Shown piece after piece: positions 35,492 through 48,529 of a stretch of 64,000 bases of DNA; the first letter of the stretch is position 1; each line of letters starts with the position of its first letter. The stretch spans positions 74,338,001-74,402,000 of the forward strand of contig OZ024740.1 in assembly GCA_964016885.1 (NCBI GenBank), given 5' to 3'. Under the pieces are notes generated by a model, which ran no database searches, was not told where the DNA came from, and saw nothing but the letters and a program-made list of their open reading frames with translations. The DNA is from Eledone cirrhosa. Lineage: Eukaryota. The translations under genes were made by a program, and so were the position numbers.

Positions 35492-37403
35492 TATTTTATT
35501 ATTAGCCAAAGGGGAGTGAACTGGCAGCATCAGTAGACCATTGGACAATATGCTTTGCAGCATACAGTTACGGCCCTTTATGTTCTAAGTTCAATTCCTG
35601 CCACAGTTAGCATAAAGACTTGTTACAGGTAAAAACAAAACAATTTCAGCACCACTGCCACTGCTGCTCTCTTTCTCTCTCATACACACTCTTACCATGC
35701 CTTTTCAATTAAATGTGAGATTAAAAATTAAAATGTTCGTGTTGCTGTCACCACTGCTCCCTTTTTTTTCACAAATACATTCTGACCATCCTCTTTCCAC
35801 CGAGATGTTTTTAAAAATGGAAATTTAATCAATAGTATTGGCAGTATTAACAACAACAACAGTAACAACAACTGAGAACATAACATCAATGACAGAAATA
35901 ACAACAACAGTAAGAAAAGCAAAAACAGTAAGAGCAGTAACAAGGACAATGACATTAAAGCATCAACAACAAAAACAACAACAACAACAGCATTTGCAGC
36001 AACAAGAAAATAAGAGCAAGCCTAACAAGCCTTATAACACAGCAAAGTTTTTGTCTGGATGTGACTAACTTATCTGTTCTTCTGAGCACAATAGTTAAGC
36101 ACAAGAACAACAAGACAATGGAAGCTGAAACTAAGAACACCAACAACAACATGAAAGCTTGTAACACCTCAGAGAAACTTGGTTCTTTTGTAGGTATAAC
36201 GAAAAAAAAAATGAGCTCATCAGAAAGATGGTGGCACGCTTGAAGAGGGAGCCCAATGAAGCAGGGTGGGTGTTGCAGCAGGCATCTCTGGCCATTCTCC
36301 ACAGTAATACCTTTATCATTTTGTTCACGGAGTGTGGCTGAGACACCGCCTTCATTGACTGGGATGTAGTGCCTGCCTCTCTCCCCTCTCCCTTTCTTTC
36401 GTTGCTTGATCCTATTTCCCCTTTTCATTTCGTTTTTTTTCTTCTCCAGCTTGTTAGCCTTTATCTTTTCTTTTTCTCTTTCACGCTGCCTTTTCTCTTA
36501 GGATATGTTTTTTTCTCTTCTCTTTCCTTGTATCTCTCTTTTACTCTTTCTCTTCTCTATTCATATTTTATCTTTTTTATCTTTTTCTTTAACATTTATT
36601 TACTCTAAAGTATCAACAAATATAAGGGAAATAACTCTTCAACCGATTATTTTTTTATGGACTTTTAAGTAATGCAAAGTGTGCTTGTCACAAAAACATA
36701 AATTTGGGTGAACCTAAAAAGAAAAATGGCAGACAGATGAACTTCATCGTCCCAAGTCGACGGTTTGAAAAAGCATAATTTGTTGGTGTTTGGTGACTGG
36801 AAGTAGAAAAATACTAATTGCTCCCAACACCAACGTTGAAAAATGTCTCAGGACAATCTAAGGCAGTATAGATAAGATATCTTCATCAGAGTCAGAAAAT
36901 ATGGCAGTTTTTAGTTGATATTCCTTATTAAGAAACTGGCCAAAAAACACCCCACTCCATCACTTGTAGAAGAAACAAATATATTCTCACCACTACATAT
37001 AAAAAAAACTCACATTCCACCAAAATTGAACATTTGGTAAGTTGTAGCTGTCCTGAAAGGAGGGAACATGTTGTTAGATGTAAAGAAACACTGGTCAGAT
37101 GTGAGGCTGGAAATCTTGATCCAAGCAAAACCTGAAACCCGAAAACATGGACAGAATTCCAGAACTGACAGACCTTTCAATCAGTGCCCAACTGATTATA
37201 ATAGGGGAAAGCAGAACGTTCAGATATCATACATGAGACAGCTCAAACAATGAGGGCTTTTTGTCCTCAAATATGGAGAGCTGCTGAAGGGAAGCCTACT
37301 CTGCAACCAACACAACCACAGTAACAACAAGAGCAGAAGAAGAGACTAGCACCACAGCCCAAGAAAAATAATACTCCATTACCATCACCTCATAAAAAAC
37401 AAA

Positions 37404-37590
37404 TAATTGTTTCTACTTTAGGCACAAGGCCAGCAATTACCCAGTTCATTACTAGTACTTTATTTTATCCACCCCGTAAGGATGAAAGGCAAAGTCAACC
37501 TCAGCGGGATTTGAACTCAGATCGTAAAGGGACGTAACTATGCTGGAAAGCATGGCGTCCGACCCTCTACCGATACTGCCAATCCACTGC
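37404..37590 (-). mobile_element. tRNA-derived SINE
   Basis: Reverse complement of the SINE consensus. Confidence 0.85.
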
Positions 37591-38399
37591 ATAATAAACA
37601 AATAATGAAACCCTAACACACTTCCAGACTTCTGCCACTCCCCATTGATTCTGATCTTCTTGGATAGTAATGCCTCACTATGTGATAAAAACAGCCCCAC
37701 CCACCCTACACACACAAAAATAATAAAGTCCAAAAATGTCCAGTGACAGGGATTTTAGTTACCTTACTAAAATGGAACTGAAATCCTCATCATTGGCACC
37801 TTGCCAACAACATAACCAACATTAATAGCCACAACCCGTAACAAAAGAGAAAATTAAAAAAAAATACAACAAAACCAACAAACTCCAGCATAGTCCACCT
37901 GCATCAACTTCACAGTTGTTTGAAAGAGCAATGTGCGCTGATGGAGGACATTATAAATCAACGCCATCATCATTGTTTGATGTCTGCTTTCCCTGCTAGC
38001 AAAGGTTGGACTGTTTGTTGGCAGTTTGGGTTACTACTCAAAGCGGAAAAGGAGTAGGGTTCAATGAACTCAAACTAAAAACACCATCTGGACAGAAAAT
38101 ACAACATACAGAACTTCCCATATATGTAGGACATTTCAATTTAAATTCCGACAAAATAGGTTGCACTGCTTCCCTTGACTCTGTCGCCATCCAATTCTAT
38201 TGTTTATCATATTTGGCAGGTCAGATGGACTGCAATTTATGTCATCACAAATCTGCTTGATATAGGTCTTAGCTTGTCGTCATCTGCTAGCTCTTCCTTG
38301 TGTAGTCTCCCACAAAAGAACTTTACTAACAATTTTGTCTTTGGCTCTCCAGCAATGTCTGATACTGACAAAGAGAAGACTAGATCAACCAGTCTACTG

Positions 38400-39185
38400 A
38401 ATTAGAGTAGCAAGTATAAATGTGCATGATCTAGGTTCAGCATGGAAGTAAGGGCACTTGCAAAATGATCTCAGTTCACTAGAAAAAGATGTAGTAACAA
38501 TCAGTAAGACCAAAATTTCAAGGACACATGTTGTTGTGCCAATTTCTGACAGCTGTGAGGTGTTGGGAGTGGGAGTCAGGATGGTGGTGTTGGAGAGGAG
38601 AGGTCTGGACCAAAAGAGTAATTTGGTGGTTGTGATGCACATGAGCAAAGAAGGTGCTTTTAGACTGGTGGCCATCTATGCTCCAACTGGGGCAAAGTAA
38701 TTAGATTTCTTTAGATGATTCAAAGCTTTCCTGGGAATGTCCTGTTCGTTAGAGCTAGTTCAGGAATTCCAATGCATTTTATATGTACAAATTGATTGTG
38801 CGGTGTTAGCCCTTAGGAGAAGGGGATACAACAGCCTTGCAAACCTTCTAACTGGACAGGTACAAACTAAAATTTCCACATGTGCCAGTATGGATATAGA
38901 GCAACCACAGTGGGTCATCCAGATTGTACCAATATAGTATTGAGTGTGTTAGACCAGTAAGCAAGAATAGAGTAGGGGGTCCACAACTCAAGCTGGTTTG
39001 TTATTCTGATCTACACAGTTAACCTACATCGAACCCATATGTAAGGTTCTGAAAGCCGAAAGCGTCTTTCTCAGCAAACAAAGCCCACAGAAACCAGATT
39101 AATGACCTAAATGATCTGGTTAAACAACAGTTGATGAGGGCAATCATCGACAACTAGAGTTGGGGCATTTTAAAGAGAGGGATTA
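38400..39185 (+). pseudogene. Old Tx1/L1 ORF2 endonuclease remnant
   Basis: IRVASINVHDLG...QNDLSSLEKDVVTISKT...FRLVAIYAPTG aligns by eye with IRVGCVNVRGLG...LNDLRSHSMDVVAI at 60966-61310. Confidence 0.7.
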
Positions 39186-39999
39186 TAGAGAATAGATAAT
39201 GTGAAAATTAACTTTCTGGCAAGAAGCTCTCCATTTCTGAAAATTAGCAAAATTGTTTAATTTCTTCTTACCCACATATTCATTGTCAACATTTATAGAT
39301 AATTATATCAACTATTTCTCATCTGCAAATTAAAGAATTAATTAATTCATGATTACGTTAAGAGCATTTCAGAAACAAACAATTTGCTGTTTCTCTCAAA
39401 CAAAAATTTCTATATTCTATACTATAGATTAAATAATTAAGAAATTAATTAATCTATGATTGAAACTAAAGAAATAGAGAGAGAGAGAGAGTGTGTGTGT
39501 GCGTGCGTGTGCGTGTGCACGTTCTCCCGCACGCACAGACGGAAAAATAGGAATTAAATGATGATGATCATCATCATCATCATCATCATCATCATCTTGA
39601 AATACTCGGTTTGGTATCTGAGAATGCAGTTAACCCACCAGGAGTGAGAGACCCCTGGTCCTTGTTAGGACATCATTCTAGAAAGAAAACTGATGTAAAA
39701 CCTGTCACTCTATGGCAGCCAATGATGTTGACCTCATCGTTTTAGATACCTATCACCTTTGTTCAAAGAATGGGATTGGTCTAGGACAAAAGTTCTTCAA
39801 GCATAGTCATCACTTTATCTAAACATCCTTCATGTGATTCCGTGAGCATAGCTGGCCATAGTAAAAAAAGGGCTTTGTTTTATGCTGCAGCATATGCAGA
39901 AAGGAACGTATACCCTTGGCAGAGCTAAAGGTCATGCACAGCATCTCTCCACTCATCATGTTCTTTTGCCAACTCCCCAGTGAGCTTTAGCGATTTGAG

Positions 40000-40270
40000 A
40001 TCAGTTCTCATGACTTCTACTTAGGTCTTCCTCAAAGATAGTTGCTTTCCACTCAGTGATCATCATCGATGCACATCATATGTCCATACCAGTGCAGTCC
40101 TCTCTCCTGCATACAACATCTGACTCTGCTTATACCAAGTTTCTCTCTCAGTTCATCAATGCTTTGTCATTCACACATATTAATATTGCACACCCACCAA
40201 AGCATACTTGCTTCATTTTTCTCCAGCTGCTGCACACCCTCTGCATTCATTGCCCATGTGTCACTGCCCA
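40000..40270 (-). mobile_element. RTE C-terminal fragment
   Basis: Reverse complement of the LEKNEASMLWW...LREKLGI...QERGLHWYGH region. Confidence 0.7.
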
Positions 40271-42663
40271 TGTCTCACTGCCCCTATTTAACTGCCCGTG
40301 TTTCACTCACAAAGTGGAGCCAAGCTAAGCCATTCACTTTGATTTTTTATTTGAATCTCTCACAGTCAACTACAGTGTTCATAACTAATTTTTAAAATGT
40401 CTATTGCTGTGATAAAACTAGCGACCTACATGGCTGTATTGTATCCTGTCAGTCTATGTCCATTTATAACAGTGAATTAGCAGAGTTTGTTAGAGCATAG
40501 GACAAAATGCCTCACAGTTGTTGTTTCCTTTAGCATTCAGGCAAGGTCTCTGGTTTGTGAATAACTTCCTATTCAGTCTCATGAACAGAGTCATGGCCAC
40601 TGCCCTTCGATCCCTAACTAAATAGAAAATGTTTACTGCATACAAAAGTATTTTTGATCAGATAGGTTCATCATGTATTAAACACTTAGTTGTCATGTCT
40701 TTGGTATAGCTAAAGAGTTTTCCTGGCCCTTTGTTTGATAGCTGGGTGCCCTTCTATAGCTGGGTTCCCTTCTTATCACCGACAACTTTGTTGGTGTATG
40801 GCACTGCTGAAGAGCCCTCCCAGCCCTTTGTTTGGCAAGCTTTCTACAGCTGGATGCCCTACCTAACACTAATCATTCTACTTTTTCAATTGTATAAATC
40901 ATAAAGTATAGTTATATTAATTTCTAACATAACATCCCTAAATTGGTGAAATTATTCCACTGGGGGGTTACATCATAAGGGAACATAACAAATAACAGGA
41001 AATTGGGACAACAATTGTCAAGGATTTCATAAAAGCAATGCTTTTGAAATCAAAGATTGTGGGTATATATAGATTTTTACAGTTTAATCAGGGAAACGCA
41101 AATGGCTTGGTGAACGAATGGATTACCGCTCAGAGAAAGGAAGCTAAATAATGAATTGCAGCGGATGATGGGAACAGAGCTAGTGTGATGAGAAATGGAA
41201 TGAGATGGTTAGGTCATATGTTGAAGAAAGATGAAAATGCAAGAAAAACGGGGCTAAAGATAATGGGGGAAGGAATGAAAGATTGAGTGTTGGTGAAGGA
41301 GATGCAGATGATAGGGAAAAATGGAGAAGCTTGTCATGGGGCCCACAAGGCTTTAGAATGAAAAATGGCCTTGAAATGTTTGCAGTTTAATCAGGGAGGG
41401 GAGGGTAGTGTTCATGACCCTTTTCAAAGCCTTCAAGACTGGTGGGAGGGTGGGAATATATCTTCAAACTGGAGACCTGCCCCAAATACTTCCAATAGAG
41501 TATAGACTGCTAAAAGCACCCAAAAACCAAGAGATAATGTTAAACCAACTGAGAGATTAAGTCTACCATGCAAGTAGGCCAAACCAGCAATACAAGGCAT
41601 CTCATCTGATGCTCCAACAATTCTGCTGATTCCCTGACCTGGACTGGTATATTATTTAATTGATCCTGAAAAGATGAAAAGCAACATTGACTTCAGCAGG
41701 GTTTTAACTCAACACAGAAAGCTGGAACAGATACTGCAAATCATTACATTCTATGCTCAAATTACTCTGCCAATTAACTGGCCATAGAGTTTTTAAACTT
41801 TCTTCAGCCATTTAGTATTATACCTATTAATACAAAATACTTGAGTGCAAGGTAGAATTAACATAATATAACATAAAATAGTTGGACAATGGCTCAACCT
41901 TCAGGTTATAAATCTATCTGTATGACAGGTGAATTTCATAAAAATGGAATGACTAGAAAATTGGCATATTTTGAAATATAGATTTTAGCAATTTTCTTTA
42001 GAAATATTTTCTAATTTGAACCACTGCTGCTGAAGTTTTCTTATAAACCTTTAGACAGAATAATTATTGCAATTCTTCTGTTGATATTTGCAATGATTTT
42101 GATTGATTCCATTCAACTATTTCACAATTCTTATCACACAGCTGACAATGTTAGTTTGATACACAGAAACTATTGAATGGTGGAACTTCAGTCAAAAGAT
42201 GATTATAAAGAATGAAGTGAACAATACCATTGATCTGTTCAATATTGACATACGAGCACATTGACAGAGAAAATATTAAGTTGTATCTCATCTTTTCAAA
42301 CAATTGCTGTAAACTATTTACATTTATACTACAATCCCCTACATAAACTCTTTGGAAAGACAAACAGCTAAGAGTCTCTGATCACATACTGAGTTACTTA
42401 AAGCTGGCTTCTAATAATTTCAATGAACTGTGTGAGGGCATAACAAAAGAATCATTATATAAACTCAGCAAATATCTCCAACGGTAGTTTTATCCTAATC
42501 AACTTCAAAATACTGCAGCAACAGATTCTTACTGAAAGTGCATTCTAAAGGAGTAAACTTAGAACTGATACTATAACAGTCTTTTAGAAATATTCTAATG
42601 ATTATAGGGGTTTAACACTTTTCATAAGTAAGCACTTATAATATTCAAGAGTTTGAAATAAAT

Positions 42664-42853
42664 AATTATTTCTACTTTAGGCACAAGGCCTGCAATTATC
42701 CCAGTGCATTACTGGTACTTTATTTTATCAACCCTGGAAGGATGAAAGGCAAAGCTAACCTCGATGGGATTTGAACTCAGAACATAAAGAGCCATAACTC
42801 TATGCTGCAAAGCATGGTGTCTGGCACTCTACTGATACTACCAATCCACTGCT
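42664..42853 (-). mobile_element. tRNA-derived SINE
   Basis: Reverse complement of the SINE consensus. Confidence 0.85.
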
Positions 42854-44004
42854 AAATAAATAATATCCTGATGACATTAATATAAATTTAACAGAATGGC
42901 TTCACAACCACATGGTCCAGTCCCACAGTGTAGCAGCTTGGGTGAGTGTATACTACAGCCTTTGGCTGACCAATGCCTTGGTAGTGAATTTGGTAGACAG
43001 AAACTATGTGGAAACTCATTGGGTGCATATGTGTGTGCACATGTGCACACATGTATGCATAGGTATGTAAGTTTGTTTCCATGCATTTGCTTTTCATTTG
43101 GCAACACTAGAGCAAGCAATGATGTTTGTTTATGTCCCACATAAACAGAGGTCCTGTAGCTCAACAGTTTGATATGCAAAGATCTATACTTTACTTAAAT
43201 AGATCAATGTGGTTTAACAAAAGTAAGGGCATCTATCAGTAGAATATTGTCTTAAAAGTCTCATCTAATCAGTGCTAACAAAAAAAAATGAATGTAAAAA
43301 TGATGATGATGTGGGTGATGATGACATATCTCTACGGAAATAGTACAACATTTAACTGAAGCTGTGTAAATATGTAATTAAATAGATTGACATATGTAAA
43401 CATATCTGTTTTATATATTTTTCTGACAAAGGAAATTTAATATCTCATTTTTATTAATATAAAACTTACATTCAATTAATAATTACAGCTCTATCATTGG
43501 GAAAAAAATGAACATATCACATTCTTTTATTTTTTTACTGATTTCAGTCATTAGATATGGCCATGTTGGAGCACTAAATTAAAGTCAGTTATATTGACAT
43601 CAGTACTTATTTTATCTGTCACTTTTTCTTGAACCACTAAGTTACAGGACAGAAGCACAGACATAAATGCACACAAACATACACATCTATACATACATAC
43701 ATACATATATGTATATATGGTAGTAAAGTGGTTAGTGATAAGGGCATCTAACCATAGAAAACTTATGAAACAAAGAACTAAGAGGACTTTTGAGTTCTGT
43801 AAAAGACATGACAATCTCTCTAGTGCTGCTGCCACAATAAAATACATCTTGTGCATGCTGTAGAGTGTGGGAGTATTTGCAAGTGAAATTCAGCTTCCAG
43901 TCTGACTGAGAGTTCAATAACTCTAATGAAGTACTGACGTGATCTGTGGTAGGCAGTCTTGCCATTGCTAACAGGAAAAACAAATTAAATGATGATGATG
44001 TTGA

Positions 44005-44080
<76 letters not shown>

Positions 44081-44094
44081 CAGGATAGAACTCT

Positions 44095-44132
<38 letters not shown>

Positions 44133-44242
44133 AAGATAAGCAGAACAAGTAAAATTCAACCAATTTTTCAAAATAAATCAAAATTAATATACAATTAAAA
44201 TTAATCAAAATTAAAAAATATAATATAAATATTTACCTATTC

Positions 44243-44332
44243 AAATGGCCCTAACTGTACAGTTTCACGGTGCAAAACATTAAATATCACGAGGATATTA
44301 ATGGAAAAGCAACGGTCATCAGAGAAGCATTT
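44243..44332 (-). ncRNA. Type-I hammerhead ribozyme, second family (copy 1)
   Basis: AAATGCTTCT-CTGATGA-[CCGTTGC...CATTAATATC/GATATTTAATG...GCACCGT]-GAAA-CTGTACAG-TT-AGGGCCATTT. Palindromic stem III, GUU triplet, C.U at 10.1-11.1. Confidence 0.72.
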
Positions 44333-44767
44333 TCCTGTCCTAGGGTTAAAAACCCCAGGAACGACAAAATATATGACCTCACTCCAACTAATACAGGTCT
44401 GAAAGGTCGTGAAAGTGACCCGTAAATACATTGGTGTATAGTGAAGGCGGGAAATCGTAGACTAGCCGTCTATGATCGCTACTAAAAAAGATTTTTAGCA
44501 ACTAAATAGAATGACAAAGATTTATCTCTACATACTGGAGATTGTTGAATAAGGTTAATATATATCTGAGGGTACAATGTACCCCCGGAAATATATAGTG
44601 TGTCTATGATTTAAGGTGGTTCTATGGTAATAATTTGATATACCAGAACTTAATATCAAGATAAGCAGAACAAGTAAAATTCAAACAATTTTTCAAAATA
44701 AATCAAAATTAATATACAATTAAAATTAATCAAAATTAAAAAATATAATATAAATATTTACCTATTC

Positions 44768-44857
44768 AAATGGCCCTAACTGTACAGTTTCACGGTGCAA
44801 AACATTAAATATCACAAGGATATTAATGGAAAAGCAACGGTCATCAGAGAAGCATTT
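44768..44857 (-). ncRNA. Type-I hammerhead ribozyme, second family (copy 2)
   Basis: Same as 44243-44332 with one substitution in the stem II loop. Confidence 0.72.
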
Positions 44858-45050
44858 TCCTGTCCTAGGGTTAAAAACCCCAGGAACGACAAAATATATG
44901 ACCTCACTCCAACTAATACAGGTCTGAAAGGTCGTGAAAGTGACCCGTAAATACATTGGTGTATATACTTATGGTAAACATTGATGCAATTCAATTCAAG
45001 CACTTTATGTATTTTTTCCTCTTAAGAATGACGGAGTATATTTAAAATGA

Positions 45051-45460
45051 GAAAACGCGAAGTAGTTTCAGATGTTAAAGTCCTTTATTGATAAGGCCAT
45101 GATACATATTTCAATGACGACCATGCCACGTGATTCCGCCTAACCAGTGCCATGATCTCATCAGACAGCTTCTTACTTAATAAGGTTACGTTCTCAAGGC
45201 AATCCAAATTAAAACAAAGAAAGAGACAAAAATGATGTTCTTCAGGGGAACGAGTGAAGGCTTCAAGAACATCATCTTCATCTGTTCCCTTGTCGCTTTA
45301 ATTTGGATTGCCTCAAGAACGTAACCTTATTATGTAAGAAGCTGTCTGATGCAATCATGGCACTGGTTAGGCGGAATTTCGTGGTCACTGTTATCATTGA
45401 AATATGTGTCACAGCCTTATCAATAAAGGACTTTAACATCTGAAACTACTTCACATTTTC
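45051..45460. repeat. Imperfect fold-back, arms about 195 bp with about 22-nt loop; degenerate hammerhead-like motif in each arm
   Basis: GAAGTAGTTTCAGATGTTAAAGTCCTTTATTGATAAGGC... is mirrored at 45414-45452. GCTGT-CTGATG(A/C)...GAAA-TATGT(A/G)-TC occurs in both arms. Confidence 0.88.
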
Positions 45461-45500
45461 ATATTCTATATATATTTATATATATATATATATATATTTA

Positions 45501-45885
45501 TATATTACTAAAAGTCTGTGATTGCTTGCTTGTTTGCTTGTCTGTAATACAGCCAAAAGGGTGCATAATGGGAAAATACTTTAAAAGGAACATGCCCCTG
45601 AAATGGGAATACAAATGGAATAAAACAAGTTTCGTGTAAATCGGACCACAGGTTCCTGAGATATGGGTTTTTTCTGGGTACCTTCATAAATAAAGAGAGA
45701 GAAAGATAGAGAGGAAAAGATAGCGGTTGTGACAGAGTAGATTGAAAGAAAGATATAGAGAGAGCGAGAGGGGACAGAGAAGGAGAATAGAAGAGCTGGT
45801 GATGTATATATATATGTGAGTGTGTGTATATATATATGTGTGTGTCTATGACCAGTGTATATAGATCACAGACATCCATATATAC

Positions 45886-45925
<40 letters not shown>

Positions 45926-45933
45926 GTATACAA

Positions 45934-45966
<33 letters not shown>

Positions 45967-46555
45967 AAATGAGAAAAATAAAATGATATGTGTGTGTGGA
46001 GGCACATGGCTTAGTGGTTAGAGCATTGGGCTTATAATCGAAAGGTTGTGAGTTCAATTCTCAGACCGGATGATGTATTGTTTCCTTGAGCAAGGCACTT
46101 TATTTCACATTGCTCCAGTTTTACTCAGCTGTAGAAATGAGATGATAGGGACTGGGGTCCCTATCATTCCACTGCAAAAGTGGTTGTGGAGGTGCCACGG
46201 CAAAAAAAGCACCCAGTCCACACTGAAAAGTGGACGTGTAGGCGCCACGGAAAAAAAGCACCCAGCACTCACTGTAAATGAGGTTGGTGTTAGGAAGGGC
46301 ATCCAGCTGTAGAAATCAAGCCAGAATCAGTTCCCGTCTCACCCTTGCAAGCAGGGAAAAGTGGACGTAAAATGATGATGATGATGATATATATATATAC
46401 GTACACACACGTATATATATGGGCCTTCCAGTTTCATTTCACATTATACACATGTCTGTGTATATTTTAATTATTTAAAAATTATTTTTAAGTGAACAGG
46501 ATTTTTTTTTAATATTTTGAAATGAACGTGACCCAACGGGTAACGAGTGGTCTAG
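45501..46555 (+). mobile_element. Helitron-like non-autonomous unit (copy 1) with nested SINE and RTE 3' end
   Basis: Starts TATATTACTAAAAGTCTGTGATTGCTTGCTTG and ends ACCCAACGGGTAACGAGTGGTCTAG (hairpin-like segment + CTAG). Confidence 0.6.
45998..46140 (+). mobile_element. Second tRNA-derived SINE family, 5' part
   Basis: A box TGGCTTAGTGG and B box GAGTTCAATTC, followed by TCCTTGAGCAAGGCACTTTATTTC. Confidence 0.75.
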
Positions 46556-47010
46556 TATATTACTAAAAGTCTGTGATTGTTTGCTTTCTTGCTTGTCTGT
46601 AATGTAATACAGCCAAAAGGGTGCATAATGGGAAAATACTTTGAAAGGAAGTTGACTCTGAAATGGGAATACAAATGGAATACAACAAGTTTCGTGTAAA
46701 TCGGAGCACGGGTTCCCAAGATATGGGGTTTTTCCAGGTACCTTCATAAACAGAGAGAGAGAGAGAAAAAGATAGAGAGAATGAGATAGTGGTTGTGAGA
46801 GAGTAGATTGAAATAGAGACATAGAGAAAGGGAGAGGAGACAGAGAAGAAGAATGGAAGAGAGGGAGAGAGCTGGTGGTGTTGTGTATATATATATATAT
46901 ATATATGTGAGTGTGTGTGTATATACATGTGTGTGTGTATATGTGTGTATGTATGACCAGTGTATATAGATCACAGACACCCACATATATATATGTATGT
47001 ATACACACAC
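46556..47010 (+). mobile_element. Helitron-like non-autonomous unit (copy 2, 3'-truncated), head-to-tail with copy 1
   Basis: Direct repeat of about 45501-45910 starting immediately after CTAG. Confidence 0.6.
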
Positions 47011-47568
47011 ACACATTTATATAATAAAAATGTAAAGACTAGATTTCTATAATTCATTTCATGGGGACGGGCTTTTGAAAGGGCAACATCGAATACAAGT
47101 CCTTCCATAACAATAAGCTGCATTACATTAGAAATATATTACATAATAAATGTATAACCTAAGATGTCTGAAGAGATCTCTTATCATTCTAGAAGCTTGT
47201 TGAAGTCATTTTCATAGAATCTCACGTTTTTGTTGAATGAAGGTTGTGAGGTAGTTTTTGACTGACTGTACAGCATCAAAGTTTTTGTCATTTAACCCTT
47301 TAGCATTTACATTACAAGTAACATACAAAGTTGGTTTCAAATAATTTAGTTACAAACCTGGTAGCCTGGTGTCACAAAAATGCAACAAGCATATGCTGTA
47401 AATTGGCTAACATTAATAAGGGCCTTCAGAAATAGAAACCATACCCAATTGGAATGTAAGAGCAAGACGTGTTGATCTGTCTAATCTCAAAATATGACAA
47501 CCCAACAAACCCGTGCCTGTATGGAAAATCAACATGAAATGGTCATGATGATTTTATATATATATATA

Positions 47569-48434
47569 CTAGGTGTGTCAGAAAAGTAACAGGATTTAAT
47601 GTGCTGTATGAACTATGAGTGGGATAGGGATTAGCGGGTTGCATATTCATGTGGCATACTATCTGGGGAGTATATAACTGAGATCTCAACTCTCTGTAGC
47701 TGGTGTATGTTCTTTCACATGCTTTTGTTAACAGCTCCTCAATTTTAGGCTGTTGAACGATGGGCACAGAACAATGAACCAGCCTCAAGATTTTGGTCCA
47801 GCTAGGGAAAATTCCATCAGAAGCACTCGGAATATTGCATCAAGTATATGTAGATGAGACAATGATAGGTTCATGGGATTTCAAAGAGGGATGTGGGTAT
47901 ATGGAAGACGACTTCATTAGTGGAAGGCCCTCAATGAGCAGGACTGAGGCCATCATTCAGCATGTGAGACAGGTGGTGCATGGTGATTGTTGGCTGACTC
48001 TTTGACTGATTGCATGTAAGCTGGACGCGAACCGCAACATTGTTTAGAGATTATTACCAAAGATTTGGGCATGCAGAAGATCTGCGCAAAGATGGTGCTG
48101 AAGCTGCTGAATGATGACCAGAAAGAGTGACGCATGCAGGTGTATCAGGACATCATTAAGCATCTTGAAACCGGACCAGATTCTTTTCCCACAAGCTCTG
48201 GAGGGACATCAAGGGGGACCCATTATCCAGATGTGGAAGCCATCAAAAGGGCTGTGTTGATGGAGCTGCAGAGAATCCTGGGAGAATCCTTCAAGAAGTA
48301 TATGGAGGGTTGGTAGAGAAGCATGGGAAAGTACATTAGACACGAAGGGGATTATTTCAAAGGGGGAAAAAATTGTAGTTTGTTGTTTGGATTTTTTTGT
48401 GACCCCAGTCTTGTTTCTTTTCTGACACACCACG
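47569..48434 (+). mobile_element. Internally deleted mariner element with TIRs and TA duplication
   Basis: TIRs GGTGTGTCAGAAAAGTAACAGGATT and AGTCTTGTTTCTTTTCTGACACACC; HTH remnant (LGKIPSE...FKEG...EDD..SGRPS), KICAKMV and C-terminal EGDYF. Confidence 0.85.
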
Positions 48435-48529
48435 TACATATATACATGCATAGAATACATAAATATGTTAACCCATGCTAGCGTGGAAGATGGACGTTAA
48501 ACGATGATGATGATGATTATATATATATA

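Larger units (their letters stand above)
44131..44965 (-). mobile_element. Non-coding element with two 310-bp direct repeats (44131-44440, 44656-44965), each carrying a hammerhead; retrozyme-like or PLE pseudo-LTR
   Basis: The repeats differ at only about two positions by eye, offset 525 nt, with a 215-bp spacer. The predicted 3' end abuts (TA)n. Confidence 0.8.

Noticed and set aside
35728-36608. Gln/Thr/Leu-rich ORFs
   Set aside because: Derived from (CAA)n-like and CT-rich simple sequence, with no splice or domain support.
45998-46070. tRNA gene
   Set aside because: A and B boxes are present, but there is no proper acceptor stem and it runs into SINE body sequence.
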